Below, piece by piece: positions 26,112-35,665 of a stretch of 42,416 nt of DNA (positions are counted from its first letter, which is position 1; every line of letters begins with the position of its first letter). The notes below the pieces were generated by a model. The model saw nothing but the letters and a program-made list of their open reading frames with translations, was not told the origin of the DNA and searched no databases. The translations under genes were made by a program, and so were the position numbers. Origin of the DNA: Fibrobacterota bacterium (GTDB taxonomy: Bacteria; Fibrobacterota; Fibrobacteria; UBA11236); assembly GCA_043753995.1 (NCBI GenBank), contig JAYUVP010000065.1, forward strand, positions 1 to 42,416, in the 5' to 3' direction.

Positions 26112-29021
26112 ATGAAATGGCATGAATTTATTGGGGCGCTTAGGATTGCGGCCATCCTCCTGATTCCCTCGAATCTCGTAGCCGGGCTAGTTCCCGCTCC
26201 ATCCATGGAAGTTACGGCCCTAGGGCTCAAGCTAGGTGCGCCCATGCAGGCCCTGGAAGCCTATGTAAACCCCACCGGCGTAAGGTTCCGCTCGGTTTCC
26301 AAATCCGAAGGCCGCGAGGATTTCTCGATCATTCCGATATCCATGGATAATCAATCGATTCCATCGGTAGGCGTGGCTTCCTCTTCAGATTCGAATTCGA
26401 TATTGCTTGATAAGGAGATTTTGATCGAGCGATTCTCGGCAAGCTCCGAGGGAATACGGCAGGATTTCATCGTTCGGGACCGGCCCCGAGTAAATGGCAG
26501 AATGAAGATTCAGTTAATGGTTCATGGCGCACTCGCGCAGTCCGCGAATAGAGGGATTTCGCTATCGCTTCCATCGGGCCGGGCATTTGTCTACAACAAA
26601 TTGAAGGTGATGGATGCGAATGGGAAGTCTCTGGAAGCCAGTATGCTTGCATTGGAAAAACAAAAGATCGAAATCGCCGTGGAATTTTCAGGCGCGCGGT
26701 TTCCGGTAACCATAGATCCGACCCTAACCGATGCGGATTGGATGGCCTTAAACAAAGAGGGTATTCAAGGGGCTAATGGGGCGATAAACTCTTCAGCAAG
26801 CCATGAAGGGAATTTCTATTTCGGCGGGGGATTTTCGGGAGCTGGGAATATTTCCGCCCATAATATCGTGAAGTGGGATGGCAGCAAATGGGATTCGCTT
26901 GGATCAGGGACAAGCGGTATTATAAAGGCACTAGTTTGCGATAGTATCGGAAATTTGTTCGTCTGCGGCTCTTTCAAATATGCTGGAGGACATCCGGTCT
27001 ATGGAATCGCAAAATGGGACGGAACAAATTGGAGCGCCTTGGGATCGGGGCTGGTAAACGAATTGTTTTGCTCCGCATTATCCATTGGCAAGGGCGGGAA
27101 ATTATATGCCGGTGGCGATTTCACCAAGATGGGGTCGCAGAGCATTGCTGTTTGGGATGGTGTCGAGTGGAAAGGATTGGGGACCGGACTGACCTCGAAA
27201 ACCAAGTGGGGTGGGATTGTCAGGTCCATTGCCTGCGACACGGCGGGAAACGTATACGCCGGAGGAAACCTAGATACAGCCGGAAACTTGCCTGCAGATG
27301 GCATTGCTAAATGGAATGGATCGAGGTGGAGTGCCTTGGGAAAAGGGATCCACAAGAAAGCCTCTGGTCAAGAAGTATCCGTCCTTGCCTGGGACAGCTA
27401 TGGGAATCTGTATGCAGGAGGAACATTCGATTCCATAGGGGATGTCTCGGCTTCCAATATTGCTAAGTGGGACGGGAATGCCTGGAGCGCGTTAGGATTT
27501 GGCGTCAATAATAACGTTGCCGCCCTTGTTTGCAAGCCTTCCGGAAATGTCGTTGCGGGTGGAGCATTCACCAGCGCCGGTATAATTCCGGCCAATCACA
27601 TAGCGGAGTGGAACGGTATCCTCTGGGCTCCCCTCGGTGCAGGACTGGATAAACCCGTTTCCACTCTTGCTTATGATGGGTCTCGCGCGCTTATCGCATG
27701 CGGAATTGCTTATGGGTCCCATAGCTACCCATTCAGTTCCATATCGCAATGGGATGGAAGCGCATGGAGCCCGATCGGGAATGGAATAAACGGCCCCATC
27801 AGGGATATTGCCGCCGATAAAAAGGGAAATCTCTTTTTCGGTGGGGACTTCACTACCATCGGCGGCATAAAAGCAAATCATCTCGCGCAATGGGATGGAA
27901 GCGTCTGGAGCGGGATGGGTGGCGGTTTAAACCGCTCAGTGAACGCTCTTTTGCTTGATAACGAAGGGTTTCTTTATGCGGGTGGAAACTTTGATTCGGC
28001 CGGAGGAATAAAATCGAAATCGATAGCCAAGTGGGATGGGAAAAAATGGAGCCCGCTAGGTTCCGGCTTGAATGTAAAGGGCAATGACGGGGGAAATTAC
28101 GTTGCAAAACTTGCATTCGATAAAAAAGGGCGTGTCATTGCGGGAGGAGTATTCGATTCGGCCGGAGGGGTCGCGGTACATTATCTAGCCATGTGGGACG
28201 GAAATAGATGGAGCTCAATGGGACAGGGAATGGATGCTTTAGTTAGCGCTTTTGCCAACGATAGCAGCGGAAACCTATACGCCGCCGGACCTTTAACGGT
28301 CAGCAGCCGTTGGAAGGCTTCCGTTGCCCGGTGGGATGGGGAACGATGGGAGGCCCTTCACTCCGATACCTTATTCGGATTTTATCCCTATGCTGTAATT
28401 TGTGATGCCAAAGGAAATCTCTATGTCGGCGGCGATTTCAAATCCATAGAGGGTGTGCCAGCCAAAAATATTGCGAAATGGGATGGAAGCAATTGGAGCG
28501 CAGTTGGATCCGGGGTGGACAGCGCCGTTGGGAACCTGGCTATCGACAATTCGGGAAACATTTATGCGAGCAGCAAGGTGCCTGCCGGCATTTCGAAATG
28601 GGATGGAACGAGGTGGACCGAAATCGGGTCCGGGACCGATAAGCTCATTTTCGCCATGAGGATTTTCGATTCCACTCTGTATGCAGGAGGGAATTTTGTC
28701 CAAATCGGTGGCAAAAATTCCGCATGCATGGCTCGCTGCAATTTGCACACCCCCGCAAGCAACTCGATTCAATATGGTCTCAGCGAAAACGCCGCGGCCT
28801 CTCCTCCTGATTATAGGTGGATCCATTCCATCCTGGTTTTTTCCAATATCGAGAAGAACGACATGATTTCCATTACTTCACTTTCCGGTCGGCAAGTGTA
28901 CGCGGCCAAAGGGGCCACGCATATCGATCTTTCCGGCCTTGGGCCCCAGGTCCTTGTGGTGCGGGTCCATCGATCGGAAAGAACTATTTCTACCGGCATG
29001 GTGATGATAGAGCCTAGGTAA
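26112..29021 (+). CDS. Large secreted repeat protein: N-terminal beta domain, Rax2-like beta-propeller repeats, C-terminal sorting-like domain
   Basis: Signal peptide; FPVTIDP domain end; 13 W(D/N)GxxW repeats with YAGG.F strands; C-terminal SLSGRQV. Confidence 0.78.
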   Translation: MKWHEFIGALRIAAILLIPSNLVAGLVPAPSMEVTALGLKLGAPMQALEAYVNPTGVRFRSVSKSEGREDFSIIPISMDNQSIPSVGVASSSDSNSILLDKEILIERFSASSEGIRQDFIVRDRPRVNGRMKIQLMVHGALAQSANRGISLSLPSGRAFVYNKLKVMDANGKSLEASMLALEKQKIEIAVEFSGARFPVTIDPTLTDADWMALNKEGIQGANGAINSSASHEGNFYFGGGFSGAGNISAHNIVKWDGSKWDSLGSGTSGIIKALVCDSIGNLFVCGSFKYAGGHPVYGIAKWDGTNWSALGSGLVNELFCSALSIGKGGKLYAGGDFTKMGSQSIAVWDGVEWKGLGTGLTSKTKWGGIVRSIACDTAGNVYAGGNLDTAGNLPADGIAKWNGSRWSALGKGIHKKASGQEVSVLAWDSYGNLYAGGTFDSIGDVSASNIAKWDGNAWSALGFGVNNNVAALVCKPSGNVVAGGAFTSAGIIPANHIAEWNGILWAPLGAGLDKPVSTLAYDGSRALIACGIAYGSHSYPFSSISQWDGSAWSPIGNGINGPIRDIAADKKGNLFFGGDFTTIGGIKANHLAQWDGSVWSGMGGGLNRSVNALLLDNEGFLYAGGNFDSAGGIKSKSIAKWDGKKWSPLGSGLNVKGNDGGNYVAKLAFDKKGRVIAGGVFDSAGGVAVHYLAMWDGNRWSSMGQGMDALVSAFANDSSGNLYAAGPLTVSSRWKASVARWDGERWEALHSDTLFGFYPYAVICDAKGNLYVGGDFKSIEGVPAKNIAKWDGSNWSAVGSGVDSAVGNLAIDNSGNIYASSKVPAGISKWDGTRWTEIGSGTDKLIFAMRIFDSTLYAGGNFVQIGGKNSACMARCNLHTPASNSIQYGLSENAAASPPDYRWIHSILVFSNIEKNDMISITSLSGRQVYAAKGATHIDLSGLGPQVLVVRVHRSERTISTGMVMIEPR

Positions 29022-29049
29022 ATTCCGTTTTATAGGAGATCACAGTTCC

Positions 29050-29937
29050 ATGCACATTTTTCCGGAAACGACGAAGACGATCCGGCTCTCGGCCGGAACC
29101 CTCCATTACCGGGAGGTCGGCACCGGGGAGCCCTTGGTTTTCATCCATGGCCTTTTGGTCAACGCCTTGCTATGGCGGAAAGTCGTGCCTTTCCTCGCCG
29201 GCGAATTCCGGTGCATCATTCCAGACCTGCCCTTGGGAGGGCATCCGCAGCCCTTGTCGGCAGGGGCCGACTTGAGCCCCAAGGGACTGGCCGACCTCAT
29301 TGGAGAGTTCATCAATGCCCTGGGTCCGAGCCAGGCCACCGTCGTCGCCAATGACACGGGCGGGGCATTGGCGCAGATTGTCGTGGCTCGCCACCCCGAA
29401 AGAATATCGCGGCTCATTCTTACGAATTGTGATGCCTTCGAAAATTTTCTGCCGCCGCTTTTTCAATACCTGCAGAAGCGGGCGGGGATTCCCGGCTATG
29501 TCTTTCTTCTGACCCAGGCCCTCCGCATCGGCAGGGTTCGGCGCCTGCCCAAAGCTTTCGGTAGGCTTTCGAAATATCCCCTACCCGATGGGATTCTCGA
29601 CAAGTTCCTGCTTCCCGCAATCAGAATCCCGGGCGTGCGCCGGGATTTGAAAAAGGTATTGATGGGCATATCCTCGGAGGAGACCATGGCGGCGGCGCAG
29701 TCCTTCCATCTCTTCCCCCGGCCCGTGCTCCTTGCCTGGGCGTCGCAGGACAAAGTTTTTCCCCGGAGGTATGCCGAGAGACTGGCCGACCTTTTCCCGG
29801 ATGCGCGCATAGCGGACATCGAGGACTCGTGGGCCTTCGTACCCGAAGATCAGCCTGAGAACTTATCCCGTGTCATGCTGCAATTCCTTCATGCTACGGC
29901 CGATAAATCCGATCGGCTGAGCGCTCGATGGATTTAA
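29050..29937 (+). CDS. Alpha/beta fold hydrolase (dehalogenase/epoxide-hydrolase-like)
   Basis: FIHG, PDLPLGG and ANDTGGA (Asp nucleophile elbow) motifs. Confidence 0.85.
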   Translation: MHIFPETTKTIRLSAGTLHYREVGTGEPLVFIHGLLVNALLWRKVVPFLAGEFRCIIPDLPLGGHPQPLSAGADLSPKGLADLIGEFINALGPSQATVVANDTGGALAQIVVARHPERISRLILTNCDAFENFLPPLFQYLQKRAGIPGYVFLLTQALRIGRVRRLPKAFGRLSKYPLPDGILDKFLLPAIRIPGVRRDLKKVLMGISSEETMAAAQSFHLFPRPVLLAWASQDKVFPRRYAERLADLFPDARIADIEDSWAFVPEDQPENLSRVMLQFLHATADKSDRLSARWI

Positions 29938-29944
29938 ACCATTT

Positions 29945-31129
29945 TCACGGCAAAAGCAGCGATGGCATTAGGGTAGCCCTTCCGACAGCGTCCCATATCC
30001 CAGGGAACCGCAACGGGAAGACTGCACGCGCACGCTGCGGGACAGAGATCACCGCCGTAGCTCCGTCCGTCAGGTATTGCTGATCGAGGACGAGGTGCTG
30101 GATGCCCGCCCGGTCCCAGCTATGGGTGATATGCACGCGGCCATCGCGGGTCTGGATCATCGCCGGATAATCCATCCGCTGGGTCCCGCGCGCCGACAGG
30201 TCGGGCAGGATCCTTTCCCAAGTCATCCCGTCCCGGCTTCGCGATAGGACCAAGGGATAGCGGTTGGGCGGCAGGTTATGCGCCAGCAGGTGCCATCCGT
30301 TCGCCAGGGTCAGCGCGTCCAGGCCCACCGAGGTTTCGAGCCCGGGCACCCGGGTCAGGGCCGACCAGGTTCGCCCCATGTCCGAGGAGACGGCGGTGAA
30401 GGGGTTGTTTCCGGTCTGGGGGCGGCACAGCATGCGCAGGTTACGGTAATCGGAGGAAAGAACCAGGAATGATGGTTGGATGGCCCCCGCGGGCTGGAGC
30501 GGGCCAGCCAGCACGAGACTGCCGGTCCAGTTGCCGGCGGCTCCGATTTCCACGTGGGCCTGCCAGGATTCGGCTTCGGTGCTGGACCCGCAGAGCAGGG
30601 ACCCGTCAGGCAATTCCAGGGGCTTGTTCTTCACCGGTCCGGTCATCACCTTTCCGAAATTGCCGAAGATGGGAGAGTCGTGGGAGGGAAGCCACTGCCT
30701 TACCGACCATGTGCGCCCATGGTCCGTCGACGTCTTGAAGCAGCCCCACCAATTCTGATAGCCGGCCAAAGTCGCCGCGGCGCGTCGGGAACTGATCTTG
30801 TAGAAGAGATAGAGGACGCCGCTGCGGGCGGTGAACAGCACTGGGTTCCAGCAGGCATACAGGAGGCCGTCATCGCGCCGGCCGTCGTCCACCTCCACGA
30901 TCGGCGACCAGGCCGGACCCTCCTTGCGGCTGGCCCAGATGGAAACGTCGTCGGCGCCTTCAGCGCTGCCGCCGAACCAGGCGGCGACCAGGGATCCGTC
31001 GGCGGCCTCGGCGAGGGTGGAGGCATGGTTGTAGGCGGTAGTCGGGGTGCCAATCCGCTCTTCGCTCAGCACGGCCAGGTCCCGATCCAGGGCGAAGGCT
31101 GCGGCGAGCAGGCAGGGGAGGAGCGTCAT
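29945..31129 (-). CDS. Secreted BNR-repeat sialidase-like protein
   Basis: HASTLAE, WFGG..EG, WNPVL, Asp boxes (STDHGRTW, SSDMGRTW, SRDGMTW), GPVKNKP and YP motifs. Confidence 0.85.
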   Translation of the reverse strand: MTLLPCLLAAAFALDRDLAVLSEERIGTPTTAYNHASTLAEAADGSLVAAWFGGSAEGADDVSIWASRKEGPAWSPIVEVDDGRRDDGLLYACWNPVLFTARSGVLYLFYKISSRRAAATLAGYQNWWGCFKTSTDHGRTWSVRQWLPSHDSPIFGNFGKVMTGPVKNKPLELPDGSLLCGSSTEAESWQAHVEIGAAGNWTGSLVLAGPLQPAGAIQPSFLVLSSDYRNLRMLCRPQTGNNPFTAVSSDMGRTWSALTRVPGLETSVGLDALTLANGWHLLAHNLPPNRYPLVLSRSRDGMTWERILPDLSARGTQRMDYPAMIQTRDGRVHITHSWDRAGIQHLVLDQQYLTDGATAVISVPQRARAVFPLRFPGIWDAVGRATLMPSLLLP

Positions 31130-31434
31130 GGGGGTTTTAACCTACTTGACGGATGCATTTCGGACACACAACCTCCTCAGCAAAGGTCCGGCACAGCATT
31201 TCCTTGCCTTGTTTATCGTTCGGCGCGACGCGGAGGGAGAGGGGTCGGACGCTTGCAACTGAAGGCCATGAGATGGCATTTGTGACAGGCATCACGGATT
31301 CTGAGGGTTGACTGGCTTTGAATTAACTAGGCACCTTAGACGGCGATCGCCTTATCGGCGGGACGACTATAGGTGAAACCCAGCTTGATTTCCCTTATCC
31401 CCGGTTTAACGAGGAAAAGGGAAGCGGATTAAAT

Positions 31435-32823
31435 TCAGGGGAGGAGTTGGGGCTGGAGAATCGCAGGCGCCAAAGACCTTGCGGCATAGGCGCTGGAAAG
31501 CATAGCCATAGAGGCATCTGAATGCGGCCACCCGTCGGTATACAGATTATAACCGACGCAACGCGGGCTGCTGGAAATGGCCACCCAATCCTGTAAGGCC
31601 TGCATTCTTGTCTGCTCGGGTTGGCCGTCGGGATAGGCCCAGGTAAACGCGAAATTCAGCCCATTGTTTTCGAAGAACTTCGCGACGGCGCGGGTGTCAT
31701 AATACCAGACGTCCTTGGTGATCTGCATTTGAACCTCTTCCTTCCTGTAAATGCTGGAAAAGACTGCAGCATAGTCCAGACCGGTACGAGTGCGTTGGTA
31801 ATTCCAAGGCCGGAAGACGATTCGAGATTTCTTCAGCGAGGAAAAATTAGGCGTTCCGCCGAAATGTTTTTGCCCCACCATGGGATCGATGGCATCAGCA
31901 TAGGTGTAAAGCATGGCACCGGTGATAATCGGATGCGTCTTGGCAATATCGTCGATATACCCGACCTTCTTATTGTATTCCGCCAATAAGGCATTCATCC
32001 AAGTTGTAGCCGAGCTATAGCCATTGTCGGCGATTCTATTGAGGCTGGGATCGACAAGAACTTTATAGGAATAAGGCTCATCCCCACCCAAATCCACCGA
32101 AGCAATAGGAGAAGCGATGCCGGTCTGCCTTTGAAATTCCTCATGGGCAATGCAGAACGCGGTCAGGGTGCTTTTCCAGGTTTTATCGGCTTCGGGATTG
32201 TTGGTTGATTTCACCAAGGTTTCCACGGTCGCTATGGTCGGACTATTCGTAACCGTGCGCTTGGAGCTGAATCCGAAAAACCTCATAACGCCGGTAACCA
32301 CCTTGTCGACTAGGACTCCGACGACATGTACTGCCGCGCCGGCCGTGCCCAAGGTGGAATAGCAAGCCCACCCAACGATTGGGCTCCATCCATAGGCGTC
32401 GCCGCAGCCGGTCCAGCTTTGCACTAGAAGTATCGACGCCAGGCTTTTGATGTCGGTATCCTTGACGGAGACCATGGTGATTTTGCTGTTCACAATATTC
32501 GAAGCATCCCATTTCGATTGCCCGGAGACCTTGGGATATAGCTTCAGGGTGCCATTGGAAAGGGTATTGACTCGATGGAGCAATGCCAGATAGTCCTGCA
32601 CCAATCGGCTATCGACGCGATTGTTGTGAACCCCATTGGTGTATTCCGCTGTGTATGTGCCATAGTTCGGGCATACCCACATGGTGGTATAGCCGGCGGA
32701 AACTGCCTTCCGAATGAAGTCATCGGAAATGCTTTCAATGGGTCCACCAGGGGCGATTGACTTCAGGTTTTGCCCGAAGGAAGCGCTGAGGATCAGCAGC
32801 GCCAGTCCAAAAAAGTTTTTCAT
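31435..32823 (-). CDS. Secreted GH20-like TIM-barrel protein with a hydrophobic insertion
   Basis: Signal peptide; LYPKV, NPEA, VDLGGDEP (like GH20 HxGGDE), YADAIDP and PWNY in GH20 order. Start overlaps the upstream stop (ATGA). Confidence 0.55.
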   Translation of the reverse strand: MKNFFGLALLILSASFGQNLKSIAPGGPIESISDDFIRKAVSAGYTTMWVCPNYGTYTAEYTNGVHNNRVDSRLVQDYLALLHRVNTLSNGTLKLYPKVSGQSKWDASNIVNSKITMVSVKDTDIKSLASILLVQSWTGCGDAYGWSPIVGWACYSTLGTAGAAVHVVGVLVDKVVTGVMRFFGFSSKRTVTNSPTIATVETLVKSTNNPEADKTWKSTLTAFCIAHEEFQRQTGIASPIASVDLGGDEPYSYKVLVDPSLNRIADNGYSSATTWMNALLAEYNKKVGYIDDIAKTHPIITGAMLYTYADAIDPMVGQKHFGGTPNFSSLKKSRIVFRPWNYQRTRTGLDYAAVFSSIYRKEEVQMQITKDVWYYDTRAVAKFFENNGLNFAFTWAYPDGQPEQTRMQALQDWVAISSSPRCVGYNLYTDGWPHSDASMAMLSSAYAARSLAPAILQPQLLP

Positions 32824-33236
32824 TCAAGCCTCGCCTTCAAGACAATTCCCGCATCGCTGGTAGCGGCGGTGGGATGGGTTCCTGTGAGAATCAGGTAACA
32901 CTTGCCAGACGCCTCAAGCAATTTGGTTTTGAACCCTGCGCTCACTTGCGCGTCGCCTTCCCAAATGCGCCCATCATCGGGGCAGGACAAGGTCTGGGAA
33001 ACCAAGGTGAGAGCAACTCCGGGAGTCACAACTACCACGGCGCTGGGAATCGTATAGCCTGTGGGCCTTTTGCCGGCGATATTCAAGAAATCGACCTCGG
33101 CATCCCCCGTCAAGAGCCCGCCCCTTTGATAGAGAAGGATGCGGAAGACGTATTCCAAGCCAATGGTTCCTACGCCGGCGATTTTTGAAAATGAAGGAAC
33201 GCTGCACAACAAGACAAATGCCAAGACGCATTTCAT
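32820..33236 (-). CDS. Secreted hypothetical protein (138 aa)
   Basis: GGAGG RBS, signal peptide MKCVLAFVLLCSVPSFS, two Cys in the mature part, translationally coupled to the downstream gene. Confidence 0.7.
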   Translation of the reverse strand: MKCVLAFVLLCSVPSFSKIAGVGTIGLEYVFRILLYQRGGLLTGDAEVDFLNIAGKRPTGYTIPSAVVVVTPGVALTLVSQTLSCPDDGRIWEGDAQVSAGFKTKLLEASGKCYLILTGTHPTAATSDAGIVLKARLE

Positions 33237-33312
33237 GGATTTCACAGACGACCCCCTCCAGAATAAGAAAGCATTCGACGCTCCCAGGTGTTTCGAGGAC
33301 AGTTGAGGTTGA

Positions 33313-33675
33313 TTACTCGACATCCAGGCCAGAGCTTATGTCGTAGACCTCAGTGGTTGTGGGGATGAGCCCTTTATTGCAGGCGCAGAAAGCCACGGTG
33401 CGCCCAGTCGACTTTGCAGTAAGCACCATGGACACGATGGTGTTGTAGCGGGCATTAGTGGGCGCGACACCAAGCCAAATACCGTTGTCATTGACGATAT
33501 TCCCAGTAGTCGAATTGTCCTTGGGGACAACGTTGAATCCGAACCAATTGTTCCCATTCATGCGGACGGACTTGATCGTATACCCCGACGACCAAGACGT
33601 CTTGTCGAAAGCGCCGGCGATAGCCGCCAAAACAAAAACAAAAACAACGATGTTCTTCGCGATGCGATTTCTCAT
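33313..33675 (-). CDS. Small secreted protein, possible OB-fold AB5 B-subunit-like
   Basis: Signal peptide (AGA|F). YNTIVSMVLTAKSTGRTVAF resembles the StxB helix-strand NLQSLLLSAQITGMTVTI. Confidence 0.55.
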   Translation of the reverse strand: MRNRIAKNIVVFVFVLAAIAGAFDKTSWSSGYTIKSVRMNGNNWFGFNVVPKDNSTTGNIVNDNGIWLGVAPTNARYNTIVSMVLTAKSTGRTVAFCACNKGLIPTTTEVYDISSGLDVE

Positions 33676-33767
33676 AATACGTTTCCCTTCGCCCTATGGG
33701 CGTTAACCAAGCATTGACCAAATATTGAAAAGGCGCGGGGACAATCTATATCTACCCCACCAGCATG

Positions 33768-34136
33768 TCAATTACTGATGCTGACGCTATCGCCAGAATG
33801 GATCTGGATGAAGTATTCATTCGTCATCGCATGTCCATTGGAGAAGTAGCCGAATCTCCTGGTAAAGGGTTCGTTCCCGGCCGACGATGAGTACACAAAT
33901 CCGCCATCACCTGGAGGAAGGGTGAAGACTCTTACGACAGTGTCGCGTATACCGAGTTCGGGGATTTGCTGGCAATTCGAGGTGCTTTCAATGCACACAT
34001 CGATTTTGGTTATCGCTTCCCCAGATTTGTTGGAAAGTGATATTGAAACCACCTCAGGTTTGTCATTTTCGGTCGAACATCCAAAGAAACCCACCATGGT
34101 GGCAATGCAAACTAAACCTATCGCTTTCATATCCAT
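33768..34136 (-). CDS. Small lipoprotein, hypothetical (Ig-like beta sandwich)
   Basis: Lipobox FFGC; beta-rich sequence with ISLSNKSG and FGYFSNG. Confidence 0.72.
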   Translation of the reverse strand: MDMKAIGLVCIATMVGFFGCSTENDKPEVVSISLSNKSGEAITKIDVCIESTSNCQQIPELGIRDTVVRVFTLPPGDGGFVYSSSAGNEPFTRRFGYFSNGHAMTNEYFIQIHSGDSVSISN

Positions 34137-34174
34137 ATACCGTCCTTCATGAATGGGCAATCAAGTGCGTAGTA

Positions 34175-34219
34175 TAAAGAAAACGATGCCCTTAACCCAT
34201 CGCATTGGAAAAGGGCATC
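34175..34219 (-). terminator. Rho-independent terminator
   Basis: GATGCCCTT / AAGGGCATC stem followed on the minus strand by GTTTTCTTT, about 10 bp after the 34229 stop. Confidence 0.7.
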
Positions 34220-34228
34220 AGAAATAGT

Positions 34229-35665
34229 TCAGTAGACCGAAACCTTGTAGGATACGAAGTCGACATCATTAAAACGCTTAATCCTGAATTCCATGGACTG
34301 GCCAGCGGTCTGCGTATAATGCATGCTAATTGAATTCTGGTTCGGGTGGGTATTCGGAATGTCACCCATTCTTAAAACTCGTTGATTAAGGATACGTCCC
34401 GTCGAAGCGCTAAAAATTTGTACTTCCGCGAGATCTTTGTTCCCCGGATAACTTGTCCAGGCGGAAACATCAAACTGCACGCGCCTCAGGCCCGCGGGAA
34501 TATCTGTGGCATAGGGCCCGAAAACCATGAATCCACTAGGCTGACCGTACATGTTCCAGCAAAAGCTGGATGCGCAACTATACGAGTATGCGCCGGTATT
34601 CTGGTGATACATCGCATTCGGATCGTAGACTTTCAATTGGGTCGTCAAGGGCGTATTCGGTGCGATGTAGACAACACCACTCGCGGCGGGCCATAACATT
34701 TCCGTGTCTGAAAATGTTGCATTATCCGTTTTGCTCTTCACCGCCGCTTTGAGATCCGCAGTCGGGGGGCTCTCGACCCATCTCGTGTCCCAACCCCACC
34801 AGCTGAGGGCGCCCCGGTTAGTCGAAACGCTATACCAGTAGTCGCGACCGACTTTGTTGTTGTGCAAATCCATCTTGGTATCGAGATAGATGGAGTTCTC
34901 ACGGCATGACTCATGGGCGCTGGCGAATTCCTCCGCCCATTCAACGGCATCCTGTCGATGCGGTCCCTCATGCTTGTTGTAATGCGCTAGGAGCACGTTC
35001 CAAATGGTGTGCCGGAATGCGTCTCCCTGCGTCATGTGGCCATTGTTGCCATAAAATTCCACTTCCCAAGCAAAGGCATTATTGCTCGCACTTTGTGTCC
35101 CATCGATATAAGTCGGGCTCCCCAACAACAGCCAATACTCATCATCGCAGAGGCCGTATGCTTCTTGGTACGGGTAGCTGAACGATTGCTTTTTCAGCGA
35201 GCCGGTCTTGCCTTTGCCGTCGAGATGCTTCAGGACGTCCTTGAACAGGAAGTACCTGATTTTTGCGTTATACTTTTCAAGGACAGCGACCTGGTCTTTA
35301 ACCATTTCCTGCCGGGTCATGCCAAGCTCAGATTCGACCTTTTGCAATTCCACTTCCGACAGATTCTGAAAATCGGGCATTTTTACGGTTAGGTTCTTGT
35401 AAATGGCTCCTAATTCCGAGATGCTGAGTGGCAGCTCTTTTTTGGAGGCGGAGGATTTCGCAAGCGGCGATTTCGCGATTGCTGCGTAGAACGCCTGCTT
35501 GTAGTCCTCCATGGTAATCTTGGTGTAATCGTCCGAAAGGCCGCTCATTAGTGGCTCCTCGGAAACGGCATCGCCCTCCTTATTATGTATGACATCTGCC
35601 ATTTGGCAATTGAACAATACGCTGGCGGCAACGGCTGCCAGCATCAGATTTTTGCAAAATCTCAT
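34229..35665 (-). CDS. Lipoprotein with DUF6973-like domain and C-terminal CBM-like domain
   Basis: Lipobox LFNC; DAFRHTIWN...AHE...MDLHNNKVGR motif; C-terminal beta-sandwich with FMVFGPY and MEFRI. Confidence 0.7.
   Translation of the reverse strand: MRFCKNLMLAAVAASVLFNCQMADVIHNKEGDAVSEEPLMSGLSDDYTKITMEDYKQAFYAAIAKSPLAKSSASKKELPLSISELGAIYKNLTVKMPDFQNLSEVELQKVESELGMTRQEMVKDQVAVLEKYNAKIRYFLFKDVLKHLDGKGKTGSLKKQSFSYPYQEAYGLCDDEYWLLLGSPTYIDGTQSASNNAFAWEVEFYGNNGHMTQGDAFRHTIWNVLLAHYNKHEGPHRQDAVEWAEEFASAHESCRENSIYLDTKMDLHNNKVGRDYWYSVSTNRGALSWWGWDTRWVESPPTADLKAAVKSKTDNATFSDTEMLWPAASGVVYIAPNTPLTTQLKVYDPNAMYHQNTGAYSYSCASSFCWNMYGQPSGFMVFGPYATDIPAGLRRVQFDVSAWTSYPGNKDLAEVQIFSASTGRILNQRVLRMGDIPNTHPNQNSISMHYTQTAGQSMEFRIKRFNDVDFVSYKVSVY

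Noticed and set aside
31390..31423. Hairpin TTCCCTT...AAGGGAA after the GH20-like gene
   Set aside because: Imperfect stem with no U-tract; too weak to call a terminator.
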